Of a stretch of 64,000 nt of DNA, positions 1 to 12,539 are shown one piece after another. The stretch covers positions 75,702,001 through 75,766,000 of the forward strand of contig NC_079171.1 of the NCBI RefSeq assembly GCF_947568905.1, in the 5' to 3' direction. Within the stretch, counting starts at the first letter, position 1, and every line of letters starts with the position of its first letter. Source of the DNA: Ostrea edulis (lineage: Eukaryota). The position numbers and the translations under genes are program-made. The notes beneath the pieces are model-generated. The model was not told the DNA's origin. It saw nothing but the letters and a program-made list of their open reading frames with translations, and did no database searches.

Positions 1-63
1 AAACAAGAATATCTTTCTATATGTCAAGTTTGCGCATTCTCAATATTTTACACAGCTCATGAT

Positions 64-690
64 TTACAATAATTTCTTTTTTTCTCTCTTTTTGATCTTC
101 CGACCTTCTTCAACCCATCTGGTGACTATCTTCACACTTTCTGCAAAGTAAACGGGGTCAGTCTGACACCCTTTGTGTTGGACTGATGGTTTCTCCACTA
201 TGGGCTCACAAGACAGCAGCAACCTTGGCAGGGACAAAAACAGGCATGGACCTAGTTTGTTTCCAGAAGAGTCTACCTTCTTCAATCTGCGGATCGCCAT
301 TGCTCGGAGGTGCCTTCTTACTTCTTTCTTCACCCATGTCTCCATTGTCACTTTCACTCTCAATTATATCTTCAGGAAGTACACCTTGAAGATCTCAAGG
401 ATCCTGTCTGACCCAACATTATGTATCAGACTCGTGACTTTCACAGTGAGCTTTACTTCGAACTGCTCCTACCTCACCACCATTGTCTTCCCCAATATCA
501 TGCTCTCTCTTGAGGTGTCTTCTCAGATTCTTGAAAGTCGTAGAGCTGAAATCGCAGTAATTGCAGAATAGAAGTCCCTTACTACATTCAGCGATGTGTG
601 TTGCTAATTCTTCATCTTTAATGAACCGGTAAGGACAGAATGGACATTTCTGTCCTTATTTACAGTAATCTTTGTCTTTGGCATCGTAAC
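64..690 (-). pseudogene. Accessory C2H2 zinc-finger ORF downstream of Ty3/Gypsy pol (frameshifted, with stops)
   Basis: Minus strand: polypyrimidine/AG acceptor (ttttgtttag, AG at 692-691), then ATG at 684. After a frameshift it reads KCPFCPYRFIKDEELATHIAECSKGLLFCNYCDFSSTTFKNLRRHLKREH (two zinc-finger-like units). The C-terminal part matches ORF 64..363 (..CQTDPVYFAESVKIVTRWVEEGRK..). It lies ~95 bp after the pol stop codon, on the same strand. Confidence 0.55.
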
Positions 691-909
691 CTAAACAAAA
701 TATAAAGCAGATGTTAAACTACCTGTCTAACAAGTAAAAGCACTAATCTAACTGTACACAATTATTTATTTCCAAAGCAAGAGCTTAATCTCTTATATAG
801 TCTGACATCCACCTTGGAGGACGTATTTCCCTTTTAGTTGGGTCTAGTGACCGCATGCCAATTTGACCCTTTGGTTCCAAAACTAACTCTGACATTTCGT
901 CATCTACCT

Positions 910-1813
910 TCTGATCCGCACTCTCAAAGTGATATTTTACATCATATACCACTGACAATATCTTCCTGGTCTTTGGTGATCAGGTCTTCCAACAGTTTGT
1001 TGGAATTCCCATGGACACGAATTGTGCTCCTTTGGTAGCTGACCTGTTTTTATATTCATATGAAGCAGAATTTTTTCAAAAAACTTCTACGTGAGAAGAA
1101 AAAATATCTCGCTGTGACCTTCAATTCGACTTTTAGATATATCGATGACGTTTTGACTATTAACAATGATAGCTTTCATTCATATGTCGATTTGATAAAT
1201 CCCTGTGAACTCGAAATAAAGGACACCACAGAGTCGTCCACTTCTGCTTCATACTTAGATACTGTATTGAAAGTAGACATTAACGGCAAACTAACAACTC
1301 AACTGTATGACAAACGGGATGATTTCAGCTTCTCCATCGTCAACTTCCCACATTTATGTAGCAATATTCCATTATCACCTGCATATAGTGTTTATATATC
1401 TCAACTGATTCGATATGCAAGAGCGTGTTCTGAGTATAGTCAGTTTTTAAATCGAGGTAAGCTACTGACAAACAAGTTGATGGTACAGGGATTTCAACAG
1501 TCTCGATTGAAGTCAGCATTTCGCAAATGCTATGGTCGTTATAACGATCTAGTTCGTCAATACAACCTCGCATTGGGTCAAATGCTGCCTGACGTGTGTC
1601 ATACGGATTGTTAAGCCGTTCTTGGCACACTGATATTGACTGCGGATAACTCCGTTTACCTCATCAGGATATGGGGCTCACGGCGGGTGTGACCGGTCCT
1701 CCTAGGCACCTGATCCCACCTCTGGTGTGTCCAGGGGTCCGTGTTTGCCCAACTATCTATTTGTATTGCTTGTAGGAGTTATGATATTGATCACTGTTCG
1801 TTATCTTCACCTT
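910..1813 (+). mobile_element. 5'-truncated Penelope-like retroelement (RT at C-terminus, Naiad-type architecture) with 3' UTR
   Basis: GIPMDTNCAPLVADLFLYSYEAEF, FRYIDD, YLD..LTTQLYDKRDDFSF..SQLIRYARAC. The ORF stops at 1614 with no C-terminal GIY-YIG domain. The 3' UTR ends in gttatcttcacctt. Confidence 0.85.
1060..1614 (+). pseudogene. Penelope-like reverse transcriptase, C-terminal fragment (YIDD motif and thumb)
   Basis: 184-aa ORF in the supplied track containing RYIDD and YDKRDDF. The upstream part is frameshifted. Confidence 0.8.
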
Positions 1814-4800
1814 GGATACCTTACATTCAAAGTTATCTTTCAGACTTCCTTTATCAACTAATTCATCTAGTCCACAGGATTTAGTTTCTCCCCTTAAAAG
1901 CTGGGGATGTTTGAGTCTGATACTATCTACGTGTTTTCTAAACTTTTGTCGGCAATCCACCCTATCGTTTAATTCTGAACATTTGCCCAAGATCTTGTAC
2001 GGACCATACCAGAATGAGATCAGTTTTGCGGATCTTCCTATCTTCCTAACCGGAAAGTATACAAAAACGATATCACCAGGATCAAACTTTTCAAAGCTAA
2101 GCTTTCGATCATGCGGTCACTATTTATCTGTTGACACGTACCCGCTTACACCCGGGCCTCTGCAATGCATATGATTTACAGAAATGCCTGCTGTCTACAA
2201 GGCAAGAAACGAACTTATTCAATATATTTACGATGATTGATTCAGCCAATTTATCTAATAAATATATTTACTACGATTCGTATTTCAAAATCAAGATATA
2301 ATTCAATAAGGATTTAGCCTAACCCTTTACTTCCCTAAATTCAATGTCCCTGGACAATTGGCCCTTACCAATGGTTTATACTACCGACCTGAGGTTTCTT
2401 ACCAGATGATGTTTCCAGCTCACTTTGACACTGGGGTACAGACTTATTCAGGCTTTATTGCCAAGTGGCAAAGCTACGATGGTTGATTCAGCCCTAACGT
2501 AGCCTTTTACTTACAAAAGATTGGCTTATTCAGCTTCTCTTATGGTGTAAGGAAAACAGGTTATCACCATGGCAAAACCCCATACCACCTGATTTTCTTT
2601 GATTGACTTAACCTGATTCATCTCACTGTTTTCATAACTGTTTATGATAGTGATACTATGATTAGGCATTACAGCTGAGTTAATGGTTATGGTTGTGAAC
2701 CAAATCCATATATGTGGAAAGATCATAACTATCTTATGCCGAGTAACAATAAAAAATATTCCGTGCACTTAAATATTTAAGTAATATCGGGCGGCCGGAG
2801 CTAGCATGTAGAAACGACAAAAGCGGATGACTCAGGCAAGTTTTTCTGATCAAAGTTTGTCAATCGTTCCGTCTTTCTATGATAGCTTCTTGTATTTTTG
2901 AGTTCTTCTACAGTACAAATTGGGCACACCTAAGTAAACTAAACTCGCCACAAAGCATTTTGAAGTTTATTCGAGTGAACCTCCGCTTAAGGGAGTTTAG
3001 TAAGAAATACCAATGATATGGTGAGATCATTTAAAACAACGTTGTCACTAGAAGCAATGGGACTGAATATTCGAACACCATTCCAGAGCTTTCTTATGTA
3101 GTGAAGATTCAAGGTGATTCAATTCGAAAGTCGCACTTTTAAGATGTTTAAATGTTTTAAATGGAAAACATATTTTAAAATCTTTCTCTCACATACAATG
3201 TTACAACATGCCACATTAACATCCTCAAATAAAATCCAAATGTATAAATTCGAATCCAATCGCACGAGGTTAGGATGGATTCACAATGGGGGTGCAACGT
3301 TTGGTACACAGAATAATATAGGAAAAGAACCTTTGGATAATTTTCTTCTGAATAAGAAGAAAAAGACTACAAATTCCCAACTCTACATACAAACATTGAC
3401 ATGTAGTGTGGATTCACTTTTGTACAAATCATAGCCCAAGGAGCTAGGATGGGGGCCATAAAGGGGGTTGAAAGATTTACATTGAAATATTAAGGAAAGA
3501 ATCACATTTACGTAAGTCAAGATCACTAGGGCAGGGTCCGCCAAAAAGGGGATGGAAGGTCTATTCGAAACATGTGTTGACAAAAAAGAACCTACGTTAA
3601 GAGGCTAAAAGATATTAAGTTTCGATAGGGCAATTATTTGGGGTTTCCAATAGCGAAACATAGACTTTCTTGGTACACTCGGAGGTGGTATCACTTGTCA
3701 GCAACTCCTCTTACACCACTGAAAGCAATTCATTTAAAATTTCACAGAATCTTTATTACATAGTGCCATTTTGCAACTCTTAATCTATGTGTACATCAGA
3801 TAGATATTTGGTGCTTCCAGTAGCAACACTTTGCTATTTTAAATTCTTAAAAAAAGGGTACGACACCAACTGCTCGAAGCCTATTCAAAACGTTTTCCCG
3901 GGGTCAATGTGGAACCACATCAGGAGTCCGAGTTCAAATTGATTTATATATCGAACAAATTCACCTTGATCATCCTTCTACAATGGAGCTTTTCAGGTAG
4001 TTAGTAATTGTAAAGCTCTATAACTATATACACTGTACTAATATGAAAGAGTTGAAGTACAGTGAAATTGTTGCTCAAAATTTGGACGACAAACTCAAAT
4101 TAACATTCCTTATTAACATACAAGAAGTTATCAAAATATGAACGTAAAACCTGAAAAACGGTATCATATCGACATGGTTAATTATCCTTTTATAGAATTG
4201 CGAGAATATCTCTACGCATTTTATATTGCAGCAAATATTATTACGCAAAAAGTTATCATCACATGATTAAAGTCAATAAAACTGGAAGAGGGTGGTAAAA
4301 TCATCCAAAGTATATCGATTTTTTTCTGATCTCCTTGTACAAGTCGACATGATTTTGACGTTATAAACATTTAATTGGAAGATGCCAGTAATTTTATTTT
4401 GAGGTATAACACAACAAAGGAGGTGGTTATACGTTTCCGTAGTTATATCCAGGGTCCTCGTTTGCCCAGCTCTCTATTTTGTATTGCCAAATGGAGCTAT
4501 GATATCAATTGATTCGTTATCTGCACCTTTTAATCTGCATCATTGTCTGTATCTCCTGCAAAACATTCATTTGTGTCATCATCTGTTATGGCATCACTGT
4601 CATGGATTCCATGGCTTCTTGACTTTCCTGTTTCTGTTATAGGCTGACTGAGAATGTCATGTCCAGATACAGCATCCTGTGTTTATATTTCATCTTCCAT
4701 TTCCTCCCTTTGAAGTGGATCTGCTTGTTTTCCAATGTTGTTCCCTTAAAAGCTTTGAGGTTCTACAGTGGATGGGGATGGAATTGTCTATTTCCCAAAT

Positions 4801-5676
4801 CCATAACTTCCCCGTTTTTTTTTTGTTGGTTTATTTAGAGATACAATTTATCTATCTGGGAAAAGAGGATCTGTAACCATTTGGTCACCCTGGTTCTACA
4901 CTATTCTCTGTTGATATTTAAGGTCCAAATAAACAAAAAAAAAATAATTCCACTTCAAAGAAAACGACTTAGTTGTCTTTCATTTTTCTCTCCCAGTTAA
5001 GATTGATCATTTGCAAGAATAAAATACTATTATTACAATAAATCAATAGTAAAAAAAAAAGTGTCCATGACCTCTGAAAGCTGCAAGAGCCTATTATTTT
5101 TTTTAAACCGAACAACTTAACAACTTACTGCTGACAACTAACTCTGAGCCCTAACTCAAACTGCTAAAGGGATTCCGTATTTATACATAGCATGTATTTT
5201 CCAAGACCCGGATGTAAATAACTAGATATCTAGGTCACCATTAATATGAGTATTTACATATAATATAAAGCAACGTATATAATATATAAGAAAACATATC
5301 AATAAAACAAGAAAAACACAGACACATTCGTTATTTTACAAGATGTGCCACATTCTTAACATAATCATGTTTATTAACTAACAGTATCATTAAACGTAGA
5401 AAATGACAATAATGTTGTATATATCTGTAAACCGAAAAAAAAAATTACAAAAAATATATACAGTAAACAAAATAAATCGGAGTGTATATTAAATAAAATC
5501 AATAGTAAACATAATCAATTGTAATATTGATGGTGCAGGGGTTTCAACAGTCTCAAAACCAATACTAGTGTATGATAAACAAACTATATGCTAGTGTTTA
5601 GTACAAAATAAATCCTACTATAAAGTAAGCAAACTCAAACCCTACTGTAGAGTAAATAAAAGCAATCCTAGTGTCT

Positions 5677-6002
5677 TGCTGGTGGACTGTTAGTCCCCGA
5701 GGGTCTCTACGGCCCAGTGACTAAGTAGTTCGTTACTAGCTTGAAAATACGGATGTACATTTAATTGATGTGAACACATTTAGAAATTCATTTCAAAATT
5801 AAGGAGTATCTCCCTCATGCATAGCTCTTATCCTTAGACGAAATTGATTCAACTTTTTTTGGTAATTTGTTTTCCCTAAAACAGCTCTAGCACGTTTGTT
5901 GTTATTTCGGATTTGAAACATTTCGGTTGAGCATCACTGGAGAGACACTATTTGTCGAAATGCGCATCTGATGCATCGAAATTGGCACCGTATGTTTTAC
6001 AT
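5677..6002 (+). mobile_element. Non-LTR retrozyme-like element, ~0.9 unit
   Basis: Matches the ~355-bp repeat unit and ends in ttttacat. Confidence 0.8.
5931..5974 (+). ncRNA. Type I hammerhead ribozyme motif, core mutated (CTGGAGA instead of CTGANGA)
   Basis: gcatca ctggaga gaca ctatt tgtc gaaa tgcgca tc tgatgc. Stems I-III pair; core position A6 is changed to G. Confidence 0.75.
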
Positions 6003-6310
6003 ACTTAACAAGATTATGTTTAGTGTAAAGAAACTCAATCCTAGTGTCATACTAAATTGATACTGATGTACAGTAAGCAAATGAATCCCAGTGTGTAGTA
6101 ACTAAAATGAATATAAGAGTATCGGTGTTGAGACTGTTGAAACCCCTGCACCATCAATATTACAATTGATTATGTTTACTATTGATTTTATTTAATATAC
6201 ACTCCGATTGATTTTGTTTACTGAAAATATTTGTTGTAATTTTTTTATGTAATGTTTATTAATTTATATAGAAAATGCGGATTGGCTTGATTATCGTGTT
6301 TATTGCCGGT

Positions 6311-6341
<31 letters not shown>

Positions 6342-6469
6342 ATACAACATTATTGTCTTTTTCTACGTTTGATGATACTGTTAGTTAATAAACATGATTA
6401 TGTTAAGAATGTGGCACATCTTGTAAAATAACGAATGTGTCTGTGTTGTTCTTGTTTTATGACCTCTAT

Positions 6470-6672
6470 GTTAGTCCCCGTTGGTTTCTACAGCTATGCG
6501 TGAGGGAGATAATCCTTAATTTAGAAATGAATTTCTAAATTTTATAACAACAATTAAATATACATCCGTATGTCCAAGCTAGTAACGAAGTACATAGCTA
6601 GTGTGCTGTAGAAACCATCGAGGACTAACAGCAGAGGCCTCAACCCAGGGGTCACAATGTAAAATTTATACT
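6470..6672 (-). mobile_element. Partial, rearranged retrozyme copy without the hammerhead
   Basis: agctatgcgtgagggagataatcc...cccaggggtcacaatgtaaaa matches the unit. 6470-6493 is an inverted piece of 6606-6631. Confidence 0.7.
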
Positions 6673-6699
6673 AAATCCAACTTTTCAAGATCGACATAG

Positions 6700-9600
6700 T
6701 TAATGTGAAACAATGTTAAATGATGTTTCAGAACAACATCGCTTATTAATAAATAATGCAGCAATTAAAATGGATATTGTCTCTATTGAACTGGGCATTA
6801 ACTTCGAATTTGTTTTTATACTTGCTAGGCGTTTCTTTGGTGATGTAGTCCTTCAATTTCATTCCCAAAATGTAATACCTTTTTTTTTTGGATGTACACC
6901 TACAACAATTTCATTCTGTCGAAAGTGTCCAAAATTTCTAATATTTAAAGTAAAGATCTCTTAACAAAGTTTATGCCATCAGGTGTGTAGTGGACATAGC
7001 TGAATTCATTGAACACAGGACAAAGTACCTAGGATGTACAAGCACCCCCTGTCTTAATAGAAACTCTATGTTAACTTCACTTTTTCAAGAACCACATCAG
7101 ACAAAAGCCTTCGAAATGACATATTGTGTATGCTTATAATATTGGAATAATAGTCACAACAAGCTACATTATATCCATTTTAATTCAGATTGTTGAAACT
7201 TCTGTTACATAAATTATCAAAATCCATTGATTGGGCAGTAACCTCTCACAAAATTGAGGTGTTAGTCTGCCGATTTCCAATTAGATATACAGATACGAAG
7301 CAAAGTAAGTGGTATCGATTGTTGTTCATATATCTAATGTTAAGTTAAAGGTCACATCATTTTTGAATCACGTCACCAAATTTATTCAAACCAGATCTCC
7401 AGTAGTTTGAAGTGCAAACAGGACAAACTATATCATTCAACTTTGACAGCTGTATCAGACCATATTTAGCATGTAGCCTATATAAGACTCTGATTAAGCA
7501 CGACTTACTACATACAGAAAAGTATATGATGCTCTATTTTGTTTCTGGTGTATTGTTAAAGAATTTTGATATTGATATTACGTTTTATCATTCTGACAAG
7601 GATTCGGCTTCGATATCATGCTAGATAATGGTCAACAGGGAATGCTTACTCTAATAGGCACCTGTTCCACCTCTGTTGTGGCCAGGGGTCTGTGTTCTTC
7701 TAAATATATATTTTGTGTTGCTTATAGGAGTTTTCATATCCACGAAATGATGGAGTCATCATTGTTGTACCTTTAAACAAAAGCAATGAAAGTGACACAA
7801 CCGGTTGTGTTAATGGAGTTAACAGGAAAAGGAATATGTACATTTCAAAAGAGACGTGATCAAATGTTAAAATGTGGCTGATTGTTTAGCTAGATTACCT
7901 AATTATTAAATAGTTATGCATATATGTAAGGTAAAGCAATTGAGGGTCATCGATAACATTAAAGTTCACAATGGCAGATCAACGCCATCTTAAAACTTTA
8001 TATTTATAAGACATGGAATACTTATTCCTCTTCGGCACAGTATACCACCTCTGGTGTATCCAGGACTCCGTGTTTGCCCCAACTTTCTATTTTGTATTGT
8101 TTATAGAAGTTATGGGATTGATCATTGATCGTTATATACACCTTTCATTCGAAAAACGTTGGACTCTCAGTTGTTATACCACAAGCTGGTGACCAAAAAT
8201 ATACCAACTTTCAGTGTCATAAGATTGAGGATCGAACACTTTTTTAATGAATACGTCATTGGAATCAAAACATTGCAGGTCATTGTATTGTAGATATAAA
8301 ATGTTACTGACCATATACATATGAGAGGCTTATCAAAAGTAACCATGACCCATATTTCTGATTTCGTATATAGTTTGCAAGTCAATAACAATGATGGTTC
8401 AAAATATATCCACAATTTCTACAGAGTATTACATATGTGGCTTCATTTTTTTTTCCATGATAGAGGAACTCAAGATGGAATGAACTTGAAGTTGTATTCC
8501 ATATAATTCAGTTTAGGTAGGGGTGAATGTTTGTAAAGAAATTGACTTTCTTTGAAAATACACAACAGTACCAATTTATCGATTCATTTAGACACCTTAC
8601 ATCTCCAAGGGTGAAAATCTAGAAGTACAAATGCTAAATGATATATCACAAAAAAATGCAGAATACTCATTAACATCAAAATAGTATCCAAAATCTTTCA
8701 GGCATTGAGTTTGTAACATGCGAAATAATTGCATTATTGGTCAACCATTATTTACATTAAAGCTGAGCAGTTTAATAGTAGAAAACACAAGTAATTGTAT
8801 ACGACTTGTCATTGGGGTAGATCTTGTCTGGTGTATTCATATGAATTGTTAGTCAATTGTTTGCATGCCGATTTGGACGTCGGATCAACCCGATTATTTT
8901 ATTAAAAGAAAAAGATTGGACCAGGTGTGACCAGTTGTCATGATGTGCTTACTCCTCCTAGTCACCTGGTGTGTCCAAGAATCCGTATTTGCACACTCTG
9001 GTGTCTGTATTCCTTGTAGTAGTTATCAGATACTTCAAGATCATGATGTTCACCTCTTCATTGCACAATTCAAACACGCGTAGCACAGACTGCTATCTAC
9101 TTTAGCAATACCTTATAGGATAAGATTAAGCGTACTTACTCTTTAGGGAACAGGGTAAACAAATTCAACAGAGCGCAACACAAGTAGCCCTCGTGAGAAC
9201 ACCACAAGCACACTAACGTAGGAACAAATTCAATATAATTGTCATAGCACTACACTGCGTATTTAATTTCACGGGTAAGAGATCAAGGTTACAATATGTC
9301 GGGTATGTTTAAGTTGAACGCCCTGAAACTATCAAACATATCATATCACAATCATTCAGACACTGTGCGCGTATTTCAAGGTCATGGCGATATCATATTT
9401 CTGTCCAGGTTTAATTGATTTATTCGCAAGCATTACAACAAATAGGTGACTATCAGTACATATATTACATAAAGAGTTCCATTCTGTTGTAAAATATACT
9501 AGTAAATGTTCGGTATTAATCTCCGTCATTATTGATCCGCAATTACACCAAATAAATAACCTAAATAGATATAGATAGGGAAGCAGCACACGTTAACACC

Positions 9601-11060
9601 ATACTCTGTAATTTTTCCAGAAATCACAGTTAACTTTGCGAATCTCTAAACGACTATTTAGATCATAACACAGAGTGTATGGACAGTTTAGAATTCGTGA
9701 TGCATAACTACAGTACACGACACGAGTTTTATACACCCCACCGTGGAAAGACCATAGCAGAAAAATTAACGGAGATCCACTGTTTTGGACGACGTGTGTT
9801 ATTTGCCAATACACACAGCTTCCGCGGGCTTCGACGTTGTTATCGCCGCTCTGCAGAATACATGAAATGTGCCACCGGCCAAACAATCCTGATGAAGTCG
9901 AATTTAAAAAAAAAGTTTTTAATATCGATTTAATCAAATAAACTTCATTCAATATAGCAATCAAAGTAATGTCGATGATTAATAAATTGAAATTAATATA
10001 TTACATATATGAATATAAACAAATATGTATCCATCAAATGATTTGAATTGATATATTATGTTAATCACATTTGACTGAAATTTATATTCAATCTGGATAA
10101 TAAAATGAACTTTATATAACAAGTATAGTCCATGAAATATTCCGTGGATTTTTACCACAATAAAATAAATCACGGTTAGATAGTCCTCGTATTTGAACTA
10201 AAAAGAAGTGTTTGACTTCTTGCAAAGAGTGGGAAAGATATTCAATGGGCCTGCACGATGTAAGATCTAGTCTAAGATCATGTGTATTTCACGTAAACCT
10301 AATAATGATAATAATAATACCATATGTATATGGTACCCTTTTCATACACTGTGTACGTTCAACTGTGCTTTACAATGCATATATACCTTACAACAGAATT
10401 TTATACACATAATACATATAAAATGAATAAAACATTAAAATACAATGATATAAAATGCTTTATCACATATAAACAGTCCGTAGTTATACCTATCCTGATT
10501 GTACATATAAAACATGAAAACGCAAGATACCATCAATATGCTAGATAAGAATAAACATCAGTTTCAGTTTCTAATGTATATCACACTTTTCGCAAGAAGT
10601 TAAACACTTCTGTTAATTTCTAATATCCGGATTTGATGACTCCCAACTGATATATTGAGACAAAAACCCTTCCATTTGCATGGAATACACAAGTTATCCA
10701 CAGGTCATTGTTGTAGACAGAGATCATAGGGAGCAATTTTGTGTTGACAAAAATAAGCTTTTGAATGACGAAACAAGTCCAACTCTGTTTAGATTAAAAG
10801 ATGTATGTAACATCCTTACGTCCTATAACACAAACGGCAGTAAGAGATTAATGTTACAAGATGTTAGGGTATGTTTCCTTTGAACGCCCTGAAACCATTA
10901 GACATATCATAGTACATTTATTGAGATAATGTGCGCGTATTTTAAGGTTATGACGGTATCGTATTTCTTTCAGGTTTCATTTATTGATCAGCAAACATAT
11001 GCAAAAATAGGTGACTACCTTGCCTTTATTTGTCATTATATGGTCAACATTTTCTTTGAG
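6700..11060 (+). pseudogene. Decayed LRR-coding sequence, tentative (paralog ~41110-46180)
   Basis: Broken frames with LRR-like words: NALKPLDIS (~10885-10912), MFKLNALKLSNISYHN..VFQG (~9303-9380); in the paralog TLNMNGNE (~41733) and VLRLNLA (~41879). Many stops and frameshifts. The strand is ambiguous around 9600-10230. Confidence 0.4.
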
Positions 11061-11077
11061 TTGCTATAATTCATAAA

Positions 11078-11362
11078 AGGCGAAGATAGCAGACGTTTAT
11101 GAATCCCATAACTTCTACAAAAAATGCAGAATAGAAAGTTCGGCACACGCGGATCCCTGGATATACCAGGGGTGGGATCAAGTGCCAAGGAGGAATAAAC
11201 ATCGGTTGACTGATGTGACCGATCGACACGGGTGTTTACTTCTGCTAGGCACTTGCTTTCGCCTTTGGTATGTCCAGGAGTTCGTGTTTGAACAACTGTT
11301 TATGCTGTTGTCCTCGTGGGATTTATGCGATTAATCATTACTCGTTTTCATAAGTTTTCACC
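11078..11362. mobile_element. Inverted pair of Penelope-like 3' tails (minus-strand copy, then plus-strand copy)
   Basis: 11078-11200 is the reverse complement of the PLE 3' UTR; ~11210-11362 is the same UTR in forward orientation. The same structure occurs at ~46195-46485. Confidence 0.7.
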
Positions 11363-12539
11363 GAAGCCTAAATATATTATGTATGAATCAATTTCAGCGA
11401 AAACAAAACACCATATTTAATTTGATCTTATAGTTTTGTGTAAAAAGTTAAATACAAGGATTCAGAAATTAAATTATAACACTAGATTAATTGGTGCACT
11501 GTAGCTTTCTCAAAGTTTGTGAAGAAATTGCAAATCTGCATTCAAAACAAGAGAAGGTCGTCTGCTATTGCAACACGTCTGGTGACATGACTGTCATTGC
11601 AATTTATCTCTAAAGTCAAAGGAAAACTCGATAATTAAGCGAGAGCTTACTACAAACAACATTTGATAAGAGGTTCATATAACCTTTTTTGTAAATGAAA
11701 ATTATCCCGCAAATACGTCCTGGCTACATGTTTTTGACAAACAAGAGACCTACTAAAAAATTCTAAAACCACACAGTGTGAGTGATCACTGATCGTTATA
11801 TTAGCCTTACATAAGGCAGATCCGTTTGTCGTCTTTGCTAGCAATCACATTCCAACAATCGCACATGTGTATAGATATCGTGCCATTGAACATGAGAAGG
11901 AAATTACTCCAACTATCATGTTTAATCACACCACAATTTTTACGTTGATGTAGAGACCCGATGTGATATTGTGTCAGTGTTTTTATGTAAATGTAATGAA
12001 ATAAAACAAGTATGAAGTAAAACAGGTATGCATAGTGTATGCTGTTGTTTGAAATGGTCACCACCATGATACGTTAACCATGCGATTGTATTGATAAATA
12101 TTAAACCAATACTGATTAATGATTGATAGCAATGATGGGCTTCTGAACACGGCGTTTTAGTCAAAGACACCAAAATGCAGTAAGTTTTTTTTCACGGATG
12201 AATGGATTCGGACGAAACTTATCTATGGTGATTGTTGTTTGCCTGCGATTTACCTTGTCAAGAGATCATGGTGTTGTGTTTAATTTTGAAATTCACAGGG
12301 CCATCTGGAGACTATCTGTAGCCAGTGTGTATACTGCTTGCATACCTAATGGTAACTGACACATTCTAGACCCGCCCCTCTTTCTGTCTTCCGTATTATC
12401 AGTCATTGGCTCAATATATGATTTATTCTATAAAAATAGAGCTATCAGAAATTAATGATGAACGTTTTTCAATAAGTTATACATTTTAGAACCTAATGTG
12501 GAAACTATTGTTTGATTTATGATTGAGTACTCTACAATA

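Larger units (their letters stand above)
785..3060 (-). mobile_element. Decayed Ty3/Gypsy LTR retrotransposon pol (integrase core, GPY/F tail, C-terminus), interrupted by a Penelope-like insertion
   Basis: Minus strand: HDRKLSFEKFDPGDIVFVYFPVRKIGRSAKLISFWYGPYKILGKCSELN (~2120-1960; integrase GPY/F module). A degenerate EVHSNK..VCPIC..KNTRSYH core lies at ~2990-2880 (cf. EIHSDQG..KTRTTPYH). The pol end TKREIRPPRWMSDYIRD* has its stop at 787-785. Confidence 0.7.
5302..6460. repeat. Large inverted duplication (arms 5302-5560 and 6124-6460)
   Basis: The right arm is the near-identical reverse complement of the left arm (e.g. aagatgtgccacattcttaacataatc vs gattatgttaagaatgtggcacatctt). The right arm carries an extra ~85 bp. 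Confidence 0.9.
4441..11950. repeat. Segmental duplication block A (paralog at ~37555-47355; partial third copy at ~55860-57790)
   Basis: Colinear similarity by eye, e.g. 4610-4660 vs 37725-37770, 6960-7130 vs 41350-41530, 9300-9460 vs 44430-44590, 11620-11950 vs 47020-47350. Confidence 0.9.

Noticed and set aside
910-1813. Selenoprotein-type Naiad (in-frame TGA plus SECIS)
   Set aside because: Cys codons in the RT portion I checked are TGT/TGC, I saw no conserved in-frame TGA across copies, and I could not support a SECIS fold by eye.
1615-1813. Hammerhead in the PLE 3' UTR
   Set aside because: No CTGANGA...GAAA core with flanking stems on either strand.
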